From Perna viridis (taxonomy: Eukaryota): a stretch of DNA of 64,000 bases. Positions 39,640 through 52,870 of the stretch are shown one piece after another. The notes beneath the pieces were generated by a model. That model was not told the origin of the DNA, made no database searches, and worked only from the letters and a program-made list of their open reading frames with translations. The stretch lies in assembly GCA_037379345.1 (NCBI GenBank), contig CM074516.1:28768001-28832000 (forward strand), written 5' to 3'. A program made the position numbers and the translations under genes. Each line of letters starts with the position of its first letter. Within the stretch, counting starts at the first letter, position 1.

Positions 39640-40184
39640 ATAATGATAGTCAAGTTGTCCAATTATTTTAAGCAACTATGCAAATCTTTACATGTAATAT
39701 GTTTGCGAGGTCTGAAGCTTTTGACAAAATTAAGATGTTTCAAATTAAAACTACCCATAGAAATCAGGAGTCCCACGGAATCAAAAGAATATGTAATCTT
39801 TGTGAAGAAGGGATGGGAGATGAATTTCACATATTCTTCCAGTGTAAATATCCTACATTTAAGTATTTAAGATCTCGTTACTTCCAAGATTACTACTAAA
39901 AGCACCTAATTATGATTAAATTTGGTAGGTTATTATTTATCCGTAATGTTCAATAATACAAAAGAATGTTTACTATTTTACGAAAAAATGCTGCTATCAT
40001 ATGAAATTGAATGTGTGAAAATAAAAATGTGAATTTGTAGTTATTCATATATGATATTGAATGTTCTGTGTATTGTGTCTGTGTATTTGTTTTTTTTTTT
40101 TTTATTTATGTACATGTAAGTGTGTTTTTGTCCTTTTGTACACCTACTGTGTCGGAGGCTATCAATAAATCTTGTCTTGTCTTG
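39640..40184 (+). mobile_element. 5'-truncated non-LTR retrotransposon 3' end (probably RTE-X clade), frameshifted
   Basis: Overlapping ORFs give KLRCFKLKLPIE and RICNLCEEGMGDEFHIFFQC (C-terminal CCHC knuckle of LINE ORF2), then RSRYF..YY..IKF. The 3'UTR ends in AATAAA (40164) plus a (TCTTG)3 tail. Confidence 0.8.
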
Positions 40185-40579
40185 AAGTAGCAGGAATATC
40201 ACTGTAGCAACAATAATTTCAATAGTTTCATACTACAGGAAAAAATAAGCTTCAAGGTAAAAGATGTAAACAGCTAACCGATAGATCACTTTTCTTTATT
40301 AAAAATACATTCGTCGGATAATTGATTGATATTGAAACCGTAATAGCGTGGTCGGGAATGGACGAAGTCTAATTAGAATTTAATTTAAATTTTTGTGGAG
40401 AAATTCAACAGCACAATACTAATGTGATGGATTTCTATTAAAAAATTACTATACATCAACTAATCAAATTCCTCCATTAAGGACAAATGTTCTTCATTAT
40501 TATCACCTCACATATTATTATCAAAATCAAAATGATTTAAAGGGTTATTCATCAAATAAAGTAAATACTTAGCATCCCC

Positions 40580-40770
40580 TACCGGCACGTGGCCCTTGTC
40601 AATTGTCTCGTAATTATCTGTTGTTTGATGTGTATTGGCCACGGTTACAGGTGACAGTACACCTGTATGCTAAATTGATTAATTAGGGGGCTTCCTTGTA
40701 GCAGCAGATGTTTTTACCTATGATTATTTACATCCAGACCATCAATTAGAAGGCAGATGGTAGCAATTTT
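40580..40770. promoter_or_regulatory. Candidate enhancer (bHLH/ZEB/TALE/homeodomain motif cluster)
   Basis: GGCACGTG at 40584, inverted pair ACAGGTG-acagta-CACCTGT at 40647-40666, GCAGATG twice, and TAATTA sites. Confidence 0.4.
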
Positions 40771-41476
40771 TACCTTTAAAGTACTAAGGCAATACCTTTT
40801 TAGTACTATATAGATTTGTCGGATTGAAATTAAAATCTCCTACTATTTATATATTTTAGGTTAATCCCGTATTTCCGTTCCTGAAGATATTTTGAAAGTT
40901 TCATATTGTTTGGAAATACTTCTAAAAGTATTTATTAAATTTGCTTACTTGATCCGTTGATAGACAAAACCCATCTGTCAGACTCGAACCCGTGCTGTGA
41001 AATTCCATCATCCCCATTCGGTTGTTTCGGTCTTCTAACATTATCTTGTAGCAGGGATTACAGAAATGACTGTTGACATTATCTAAAATGTAGTGTTCTA
41101 CATGTGGACCTCCGTCTGAAACAAATCATACATCAGGCATATTGTATGACTATGGAAGTATAACGTCTAGATAATATACTTAAATTCCATGGTATTACCA
41201 GACACTAGTCGTATGCTAGGCAAAATTTAAAAAAAACATGTCTGACCGGACAACTGATTTAAACACAAGGCCAAAAATGAAATAAAATGTGTGACCATGC
41301 AATAAATACCAGACCAACATTGAAATGAATTATTAAACCACAAATCATACAATAGCCCAAAATTGAAATAAAGGACTTAACAAAATTCATATACACGTTA
41401 GGCGCGATATTCGTCAGAACCCTAACAGAACGTCAGGATTACCAGCAACGCAAATGTCGTTTTTAGCTAGTGGGAC

Positions 41477-41646
41477 TAGTGGCGGATCCAGACACTTTGA
41501 AAAGGAGGGGTGCCAGCCGGGGTTCCAGAGAAAAAATGGTGGGGATGCTAGAACATTATTTACCATTTTTTGTCAATTTTACACATGGAAATGAAAAAAA
41601 ATCAAAAAAATGAGGGATACCACCCCCCCCCCTGCACCCGCCACTG
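41477..41646. mobile_element. MITE with (C/T)AGTGGCGG termini (hAT-like)
   Basis: tagtggcggatccag ... ctgcacccgccactg with G-run/C-run subtermini. Related decayed ends lie at ~11930-11948 and ~59915-59930. Confidence 0.6.
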
Positions 41647-44600
41647 GGACGATCTTGTAAGACTCCGACCAAGTGACGATGCTTTAATCTTATGTAACGT
41701 AAAAGGGATAAAAGATGGATTTTTATTAAAATGCAGAAAAATAACATTCTGAAAGATCATGAAATCAACCACTAAAGAAGCATTACCGAACAAACCATAG
41801 CTGTTAATTTCAGTCAGTCTCGTATTTCAGACCAAAATTGGAAGTGCGACAACCCTGTAAGCCTCAGTAAAATAGCGCATATTTCAAAACACTACGTAAT
41901 GAGGGTAATCATGCTGAACAATTATTAATTTTAGCAAAATAGCAATTATTTAGTAATAAAATTATCACACTTTTTTATTTTAAATCTTCGTTCTTTGATT
42001 CTACAATCGGTTTGCCGTTCTCATTTTTTTCATACGGGACACATTTCCTCTTTTCATATAGAACGAATTATTTTTTTTCTGAAACATCATAAGAACATAA
42101 TAGAATATTACCAAAATGACTACCAGAAACTTCTTGTTTAAGAAGGCAATGATATTAGGCATTTACTTGGGAATTGGTTTAGTATTATGATCAATGAAAC
42201 AAGCAGGACAAGTTGATTTAAAAATTTATTTTTCTTAAATGTCCTTATATTCCAAAATAAATACAGAAGAAAGTGGTTCTTTCGCACGAAATGGCGATTA
42301 TTTCGCTTGATTCTATCTATATGCGCCGATTATTCAATGAAGTACTAAAAGAGCGTGTATTGCCATACAACAGGCCAAAATCAAAAGAAAATGTTCAATT
42401 ATTCGTCTTGATACCTTCTGGATGTTCGACAACATTTTTCTGTGTAGAATCCGTCTGGTCACTGATTTGTGTGAGGGAAATGTATTTTTGATCAGTATTT
42501 ATTCAGCTATCGCATTATATTCCATACAGATAAAACAATAGCACAAAACGGCCAAAAAGGAAAAATACGTCTGCTTAGGGCTTAAAGGGATAGACAGGGA
42601 AACATTAAACAAATATTTTTTATTTGTCCTTCGGCAATATGAAAGTCAATGCCTGAAAGACATATTGTTTTGTGCAACTTCCGAAGCATAAATGACATGT
42701 GAACAGATTCAAAACTAAACTGCAAATAGTGCCTTTAAGTGACTTATTATTGAAATTAAGTGCATTTTGTACAAAGTTGAAAGCTTTAAAAAAAAAAAGG
42801 ATTCTTTCCATGCCAAAGTAATCAAATAAGAGTTATTATACTCATTAAAATTGCATTTTACATGCAATTTTATGATGTTTACAGATATTTGTCCGAATTC
42901 CATCTTCTACAGTTACAGCATTTGTCGTTGAAGAAAAGGTACAAGAATTTAAAGAAAAAAACTAATAATAAGACTTATTTTTCTTTTGTGGACTTTAACT
43001 GTTCAAGAATTTTAAAAGGCGGAAAATAGCCTAGGTGATAAAATTAGCTCGCGAGGTTTACAACGTAAAGAACCTACCCGCCTTCCCAAAGTTCTACGCG
43101 AATATTCGTCACCCCAGATACGGGTCAGATATTTATTCATCACTTAAATCCTACCGACAAGGCCATCCTTGTTAATATTTTGGTAAACTAAAGAAAACGA
43201 CAAAGGGTTAAGTTTCACTTTATCAATATAAAGTTAAAAATCCTTGGTTGGTATATATAGCTCATTTAGCCATTCAGAACACAGAAAAACAAGTGCTCGA
43301 AAAATAGCCCCAAAAATGCAAATTGATACATAGCATAATGTTGAAAACCGATAGTTCTGTAACTATATCTTAGTACATTATTATTTTAAAATGGAGTTTT
43401 TAACAGTTTTCTTAGAACAGTACACAGCGTGATGAGTCAGTTCAGAATAAAAATGTTTTATCCATTATTCGACACATTTAAATATTACAGGGAAAAAACA
43501 GGAAAAGCATACCATAATTGAAGATTTTTTAAAGTACTGAGGACATTTCTAAGAATTTTTTTAATATACAGATATTCGTCTGAATTTACTTGTACCTTGT
43601 GATATAAAATATTAGACGATATCGATAAAATGTCAAAATGAGTCTCCGACTAATATCAAATAGTAGTACCATGCTTTTTTCTTTTCTCTTGTCATTTTAT
43701 AATCACTTAATACATATCATAATCGAACATCATACACTGTATCCCGAATGAATAATACTTTGTTGTACATTTGCAGTATTAAAAGACAAACGTGCGTCAA
43801 TATGCTTCTTGTTCATTTTCAATTTGTAGTTGAATCAAATGTGGATCAACCAAAGTGTTTGGGAGTTGTCCCTCTTTAACAATATGATAAGTGTGTGTGT
43901 TCGACTTGCTCAATGGTACTGTTACATTTATTGCAAAGCAGCTGTGCTTCGTAGTCATATCATTAAATAACCAAATCTATCATATCAAACAATGAATACC
44001 GAAACTGAAGATTATTTGCAACTTTTGCACATTAAGAAACATATGGATGTCAATTTTGCACATGATACGTTATTTCCTGGATTCAGATGGATAAAATGCA
44101 GATACCAACCTGTTACAACTTTTTGCAGGTGTATAATTTCACAATACAGCGATGTTGTAACAAAGTAACTGGTCTAGGTAGGTTCATTGCATGTAAGAGA
44201 CAACATGGGCTCGTGGCACCAGTCGATCCTGCCAACGGTATGTTAGAATCTAGATCGATCGTAATACCTAAAAGATGAATATAACAAGAATTCATCATAA
44301 CGGGCAAATACAACAGCTGTTCTTTTTCCTTATCGTCTGGTTATTTATTAAAATTTTAATAATCCTACTTTAAAATATTTACTTTTTTCGTTTATTCTCT
44401 TCAAGTGTAGTCTGATTTACATAATCAAATAATATTAGTGATTTAAAAATCAGTTTCTAGAGATTTTGTCAAGTCAACAAAAATGTACTCCATCTGTTAC
44501 CGTCCCAGGTAGCTTATAAAAAAATAAATGACTTTTAAAAGTGTACAATACACAGGAAATCAGACTTTCTTAAACGATCCTCTAATTTCAGTAAAAATAT

Positions 44601-45884
44601 GTCGGGGTGTCGGAGGGTGTTTTATTACCGCAATATATTAACAAACTGGAGACTGAACTAATTCTCTTACAAGACAATATTAGGTTTTCGTCAATAAATG
44701 TCCCGTTTCAAAACTGTATCGTGGTTCAGAAGAAATTTATGGGTAGACTCGTCGATGAATTTTCTCGATTACTTCAACTTTCCACCTACAATCATTATTC
44801 ATACTTGGCTGTGGTAACTAGTATTAGTCCATCAGCACTTAGATTAGAACTGTAATTATTTTATGCATCTCACTTTTACTTTTAACTGATGAAACTTATA
44901 TGTCCACTATCACTACGTTTTACTATCTCGGACTTCATCTCACATAGTAATGAAATTAAAATGCTTATACGTCTGTTAATTACAGTTCATTTTTCACTAC
45001 ATAGCACTATACCATTTTCATACTATATACTACTGTCCGTTCCAAATTCGGATATATAGCAAATTCGCACCTTAAGAAGCAATTAGTACAAATTATTTGA
45101 AAATTATAAGAATTTAAAAAAGATGAGAATTCTAGATTTTTATCATGCCATGATTTTTTTTTTTTTTTTTTTTTTTTTTGTGGCTAAGCAAAATTTTCCT
45201 ACGCCGTACGCCTCGATACCAAAACATAAAAATTACATGTATAGTTTTATCAAAATGCCATTGTCCACAAATTGTACTTACATTAAATGATGAGTTTTCT
45301 TTTTCAGTTTATTTATTTACTTACTTTTATTAACGCTACTTAAAGACAATAAATTTAAGTACACGTTAATTAACTGGTTAACTGCCAAATATGTGGCTAC
45401 ATTCGTTTCCGCATCTTATTAATTTATTATCAGTTATGACGCAGAAAGACACTTCGTAATAAGTACTTCTACTTTAATGTACAGAAGATAAGTTAGATAA
45501 TGTTCAAAGTAGCCTTAAAATTGTAGTAATTTACCTTACAATAGTAAACTACTTGAACATGTTCGGCGAAATCAGGATTTCGGGAAAATTTACAAATCGT
45601 ACTGTAATTTGATTTAGCGCAAAATTTGAAAAAAATAATATCTCGTTATGAATACGAGTATATAAAAACTGATATATTCATGGAGGAGATCGGGACATTT
45701 TGTAGTTTCGAGTGCATGACTAAATCAGTGCCAGACATTTAAATTTGAAAATTCGAAACCCAGGAGCGGATCTGGTGTATAAGATGATTCGTGTAATGCC
45801 AGATTTTTCTTATTTACACTTTGTAAGATAATAAATTGAACTATCTAAATGCATTCAGTGCTCGTTTCCATCTCCTTTGCATCA

Positions 45885-47070
45885 AGTGGTTCGGCCGGCC
45901 GGAGTCGGACCGTACGACCGTGGCGTCACGTGCTCCTTGACCGGCGCTTCAGGATACACAAATTGACCTACATCCTGTATATAGGGTTATGGTCAAGGCT
46001 TGAGTACTTTAAAGGCTATATCTAGTCTTGTATAGAGATAAAGAACTTAAACTTTGTCTTTTGCTGTTTGCTTAGTGATTTACGTCCACTTAACTGACCA
46101 ATGGAATGACCCGGATGTCACAGCGACCCCTATGGCCAAATTTCTGCCGAGTCTTACATTTGTACCTCCCACCGTTTATCATGTGGTAGTAAGCTTATCT
46201 TGCTTTTCTTTACTTTCTTAGTTCATTTATAACACTTTACCTGTTTCTTAAAATGTAAATACAAATAAAATATCAAAAATTTCTAACACAAAGAATTCAT
46301 TCGGTCTAAATACCTCAATCGGCGAGGCGAACGCTGCCGATTGGTTAGTTATCTGTAGACGAGTATGATAGAATTAATTTTTGCTGAACTATCACTTTCA
46401 GGTTCGATTATGATTTTTAAGGTCACAGTTTAAATATTTAGAAAATGACTGTCAAATCCTATGAATAAATCTTTTAGATCCTTTATCTATGGAGTGTGGG
46501 AAAGTTTTCAACTATATCTTTTCGCGGATTTATCTTCCTAGCTAAAAAGAAAACAATATACTTATTTCACTTCACTGGTATAATTCTGTGACCGTGATTA
46601 AAGAATCAATATTTTGGGCGGTTCTGTATACGAAAAAAGACTATGACTCGAATACTTAGCCAGGCATTCTAAGGTTTTTCGTTTTGGTAGATTTAGAAGT
46701 CGAGCTTATAATGCTTTTTAATAAGTCAGAATCGCCGGTCAAAATAACATGTGTCAAGAAAACGGATTAACAAGACATTAACAATAGTAGCAGTTTTTGT
46801 AAGACTTCTATATCTTCCGGTCCCGGGTCAGACCAATCGGTTTTGATGGTCTGCAACATGTCCAGTAAAATAACGATCGGCACACTTTATAGCTATATTA
46901 TAAAAAAGATTCATTGTGTAATTAAAGTAATCAGATAAGTGGGCTGAAAAGATGATTAAAACAAAGTCTAGGCTCTCTATCCACAAAATCCGGAGGTTAA
47001 CTGGGCGGTCTCTTCAAATTGACATTTCGAAGGGAAGAATCACCATTTTCAGCACGTGACCATATCCGCT
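45885..47070. promoter_or_regulatory. Candidate promoter-like region
   Basis: CpG-dense patch 45888-45950 with GCGTCACGTG. CCAAT boxes at ~46098, ~46341 (reverse) and ~46833. ETS-like CCGGATGT ~46111 and CTTCCGG ~46814. GCACGTGAC ~47052. Confidence 0.3.
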
Positions 47071-48171
47071 TGTGGAAAACCGCACATTAGTTTCGTCTAT
47101 ACTATCGAATTCATCTGTGTACTTTTAATAGAAGGCAAAACTGCATCTAGTAAGTATCCGGGAAGCAGTTATTCTTAAAAAATCATTTTAACATAATTAC
47201 ACACACAAATTACAATTACATGGCATGCACTAAAATTAAAATTGCCAGTAGCCCTGTATAGATATACAAAGAGTGTGGGTTGTTCATTTTATATTCAGAA
47301 CCTTTCTTTTTGAGATTTATCCAAAAAAAATCCGCGCCTTTGATGTTTTTTTTTCATCTTGTACATTTCTCCTAGATACTTGTAAGCACGGACAATATAC
47401 GGAAGGTTTAATTGGAATTACCTCCCTTTGATCACAAAATTACAATTATGTACAGCTGTAACTTGTATAATGCATGTACATGTTATCGGTTAATGTGATA
47501 ATTTAGATTGCTTTTTTTAATGGTACAAGTCATCATATTTTGTTACATTGTTAAATCTGTCTTTTGTCACATTAGACCAGAGTAAATACAGTTAGCTGCA
47601 TTCACGTGGTAAGTAATACATGCATTGGAAATCAATGTAATGATAATTGTATAAAATTAGACACTAATTAATTAGTTCCACAGTAGTTTACTGAATGGCA
47701 GGTTGATAGTAGCCACAGCTCATCACGCTGAGTTAATCCCATGTGCTCGAATTATTCAGAGCATAAAATTACAATTAATATATTCAACTCTCTTGTCAAA
47801 ATAAAATGATGCAAATTGATTAATTTGCCTATATCACGCATTACTTGTTAGATTTTTTACATAATCCCCAAATTTTCACGCTGGGTTTGTACTCAAAATT
47901 TCGCAGTACAGAGTAAATATTGAATTGTGTTACTTTATAATTTGCCCTGACATACATTTATATATACACGTTTATTACATATGTATACTTAAAAAATATT
48001 TCTTCGATATCTGAGGGCAAATTAATAAGGAATCAAATTACAGTGCTTTAATTGCCCTACTTAATCCGTGTTTAGGTCAATCCGTAATCCGGCTCAACCT
48101 GACATTGAACTGTTAAGTATTTTGGTGGGCTTGACGCCGTCATTTAGTTCTTATTTCTTCATTTATTTAAC

Positions 48172-48300
48172 NNNNNNNNNNNNNNNNNNNNNNNNNNNNN
48201 NNNNNNNNNNNNNNNNNNNNNNNNNNNNNNNNNNNNNNNNNNNNNNNNNNNNNNNNNNNNNNNNNNNNNNNNNNNNNNNNNNNNNNNNNNNNNNNNNNNN
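48172..48300. other. Assembly gap
   Basis: Run of N. Confidence 1.
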
Positions 48301-51300
48301 CGAACATGTATTTTATGATTTTATGTATAATATGTATTCTTAGTACTATGTATAAGGAACCAAATTCTAGAAGAAATTTATTAAAATTACGGAAGTGTCC
48401 GAACTGGCCGCAAAATGCCCAAATATCATTCTCCCCATAGTGATTGCAATGTTATGTAAATTGCAAAATGTGTTGACAATGTAGGCCAAAACTAAAACCT
48501 GTCTTCTTATCCTCATTAAACATGTAGTAAAATGAAACGGGTACATGACTTCTACTACCCTACCATTGTATATACGAGCATGTGGTTTGCAATAATCGTT
48601 TTTCATATTTACGGAATACAATCCATTTCAGCAAGTTTTTCAAAGGGACGTAACCCACCAATACCCGACAACCTGGTTGGCGGTCTCATTGGGGAAAGGA
48701 AGAACAGTAAACATTTTTTTCTTTGGAACTTAAACTAGTTACACTTCATTAAGTAGCAAAATTGCTTGAAATTAATTAAAATTCATAAGTTATCAAGTAC
48801 TTACCATAAGTCAAATATTTGAATTTGAAAACTACTGCTGTCCATCGCTCCAATGGGACAGTAAACCTCTCTGTCGGATTAGATGGTTACTTCCCTTGGC
48901 TCAAAATTTTTTAAATCGATGTGAAACTCGGTAATATGAAAAAGGTTTATTATAGTGACATATATCTAGTACATGTATATAAAATCGAGTTAATAAAACG
49001 TTCCACACATTCCCTGATTTATCAGATCTAAATGTTAATTCTATCCAGCAGTATTATTGAAAGAATTTTTGGAAATTGGACTGATATGTTAAACATTTGA
49101 CCTATCGTTTATAATTAGGTGTCAGAGATTATAAAGTCAAATTTTTCCATCATAATTTGACAACCTGCCCGTCATAATTAATTTACAATCGTCGATATAT
49201 TAGCGATATACAAGTGATGATCAGTGTCTTCAACACACGTCTCAAATTATTAGCTCTAAAGCAAGATATGGCGTACCGGGTGCCCGCAGTTAACTTGTTA
49301 AGTTGTCGCTTTCATACTTAATCAGATTGGACGTTAAAATGATACTGTCAATCATTTCATAAAACATGTAGCCAATGAATCCGTTTCTTATGATAAAAAA
49401 AATATAGTGAACTGTAATTGACAACGCTTAATCGAGCGTACAAATTCCAGGTCTAAAGCTTTATGAAAATGTAAGCCTTGTTATTCAATCTTACTGACCT
49501 TTGTGTCTTACTTTTAAGGGTTTTTTAAACAATTTTATCGGTTTTCCTTTTGATTACATTCAACAGAAATACACAAATTTATGGTAAATTTCACCTTGAT
49601 CGAATTTCAAAGAAGTATTCCCTACTTGCGGAGCTCGGGATGCAGCTATATTTTATCCTGTTTTGCAGAGTAACCTCCCGTAAGAGCAGGTTTAATTTCG
49701 AAGACTCTCTAATCGATGTTCGGATTCGGGTGCAGAAAAAAGAAGTAACTCGAATGAAAATGGAATCCCCAGCAGACAAACTCAATGGTGTTTCTAAAAT
49801 TTACAGGGTGTTTCATTTTGTTGGTAGGTTACATAAGGATGATTTTCATTTGTATCCCGGGTAAAGAAAATTTATGGCAAGGTCAGTAGAACGAGAAATT
49901 CCCTTTTGACTTTCGAGATTTTCTAAACTATCGTCGATATCGGATGGAAAACTTTACGTGTTCCGAATAGACACCTGCTCCAAAGGGTGGTAAATGTTGA
50001 CAAAATGTTGGTCCGCAAGTCGGGAATATGGTCAGTGTTCGTTTTTTTTTATCATTCTTGGAAAAGCGTGATAAATGTTATGGTCACCAATAGATAAAAT
50101 GTCTTACTGTAATTTTATCTTTGGTGAATGAATATTAATTTTATAAATAAAAACACAGCTTTAATTTATTATGTGTACTTAGTTTCATCGAATCCATTTC
50201 GCATTTTTTTGCCAATGACTGTCTTACGATAGTACATTTATGCACATGGTTTGTAATATGATACTGACCTATATGCAAGTGATATTTTGTGGTACATTAC
50301 AAACTCCGTTTGTTTTTTAAGATGCTGATTGGCATTTTTTGGCGTATTAAAATACATGTTCTATGTAAACATGTCAATGGTATGTTTGAACTGGAAAGGG
50401 AAGACTATTTTCAGACGAACTGTCCCAATGAAATATTAAAATGCTACCAAAAATAGTTCTATTAAAAATATATTGACAAACGATTAGCATGGGTATGCCC
50501 CGTACATGTAATCAATGAAATCGGCATTTTGATCCGAAAGGGCAGAAAGACAACAAAAATCTTTAACACTACACATTCTAACACGGAATGTGCTAGATAA
50601 GGTAATTTCTATTTGTTTATATACATAGTGAGGACACCCTAAAGCCACCGACTCGTCTGTCACTCATTATGATTTATTATAATGTTATCATAATAATTAT
50701 GATAATTTTCGACATTCCGAAAACAGTTGCCCTGAGACAAGACACCGAACAACCTGGTCTCAGAATGACCTTTCTGTTTATATGTCTTTAGTTTTGGCAC
50801 ATTTTCAGGAATTTTCAGGTAGATTTACCGGCTTTGTATAGGTCACATTGTCTGTCGATCTTGTTCTGTTGCGTAAAAGAAGTCAATGTTGTCATATTAG
50901 CCAAAAAGGTGGAGGTTAAAGGATGCGCTCGACTTGTACATTGCTAGTGTTGCCATTAACTTGCCTTTACCAGTGGTTTACCAGTGACGTCCACTTTATC
51001 GCTGAAAACTTCTCATTCTCTTCCATTGCTCCAAGTTTACAATATAAATGTACAAACAACTTTTGACACTTCCTTTGACACTGCGATATTTCATAGCACT
51101 CTGCTACGCTGTATTGTATATGCATGCAGCTGAATGCTTTTGGATCGACATGTGCAGGAAAATACAAGTATGACCGGTACGGTCAACATTTAAAGTGAAC
51201 AGTGTTTAACAGACTTGCTTTCGACTCCCGTTTTTTAAGTATTGTGTACTGGGATTTGCTACACAGCGCTGTAAAACATATATAATAGTCGGTCAGTATA

Positions 51301-52740
51301 TCTGACAGAGAGCACAAGTCCCAGTGCAAATATAAAAAAAATCTTACATTTAATGAACAAGGCTTGACGATTGGACAATGAAATTAAGAATTGCAATTAT
51401 AAGTCAATACAAAAAGCATTTGCATGTTAACACTGATTTACTGGTTATTAATATCGGTGTTGTGGCCTGGTTTTAGCTTAGCTGGGGATGTATAGGAACC
51501 GGATATTCCAAATCGATCCACGGATATGCATTGAACAATTATTATTATGCACATCAAGAACGACGTATTATAAATACCTTTTTGAACCTAAACCAATAAC
51601 CAGGCCAGTGTTTTGTTATTGCATCCGGTTCCATATATAGGCCACAGACTTCATGGGATGCCATGCGGGGTCAATACAGTGAAACCCAAAGTCAACTGTC
51701 TACGCTGACCACGAACCCATTGTCAATTGAAAAACGACAGAGTTGTGGGACGGGCATCATTTGTCCGCAGTAATTACTGTTATTCTTTAACTGATTTGAA
51801 AATTTCTTCTTTTCAATCTCAAGTAGCCATGGAAATAAATAAATAGCATAAAGGTTCAGTCTGAAGTCTCTGTGTCAAGTATTACGGGAATTTAAAAGTC
51901 ATTTCAAAACATGTAGTTTGCAAATTCAATGGACTCGACTACAGTTAAGATGAACTAAGTCACATTATTTGAATATTTTGACCAGTTGACCGGTGCATTG
52001 TCCGTTCAGCCATGGTACACAAAGAAAAGGTCTGTATCGCATGACCCTATGTCATTTGTAGAGTAAAATGTTATCGCTTCATCAACTATTTAAGTTGACA
52101 ATAGTCAAAACATGATGACCATTTCGATGTTTTCTTCTGTCTCGCCATCAAAATTGAGCTTGCGCAATCTACAAAGAATTATAAATCCTCCAACTCTTTG
52201 CTGTATGTTCCTAAATCTTGAAGGCGATGTTCCCCACTATTGACTGAATTCATAGATTAGGGAATCGGTGGTGGATGAATTGGGTTTACAAGTAATAGAA
52301 TGTAGATTCGTATGCAATTATATTTGCATTGTTTCACTATGCACATAATGTGGATAATGTTATAAAATGCAAATAAATCAGTAAAGGGCATTGGATGAAG
52401 CTCTGAAAATTGCACAAACTGTAATAGGTGATTTTCTACAAACTCAACACTGAAAAAGAAATGATGTATTCTACAGTTTCAAAATACACGTAAAGCTGGG
52501 TTGACATTTTGAGTCAGGGTTTTGCAGACAAACACACGGTTAGTATGTGCGTTCAAAAATTACAGATATATCAGGAGGTTTGTAGATGATACGGATAATT
52601 TAGTTGGTACCGAAATTCCTTAACTTCTATTGAGCCAGTGTGCAGAAAACAAAATAAAAAATTGGCTAATTACATCTTACCTGAACTTAACCGTCACTCC
52701 ATCGTAGTGATTGTCCTTATTAGTGGTTAGAAGTATCCCT

Positions 52741-52870
52741 CTTACTTACTTACTCTTACTTATTTACTTACTTACTCTTACTTACATACTTACTGTCCAT
52801 TACTCCGAATGGCTTATTGGGCAGCAACAAAGGTACGCCACTTCTGTCTGTTCTTGGTCATCTCCTATAA
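52741..52870 (-). mobile_element. Extreme 3' end of an RTE-clade LINE with (TAAG)n tail
   Basis: The minus strand translates EMTKNRQKWRTFVAAQ*AIRSNGQ*, matching the RTE 'DRxxWRxxVxAL' terminus. A (TAAG)n microsatellite follows directly, seen as (CTTA)n on the plus strand. Confidence 0.8.

Noticed and set aside
40975-41000. tRNA/SINE (reverse B-box GGTTCGAGTC)
   Set aside because: No A-box or cloverleaf recognisable; at most a highly decayed SINE.
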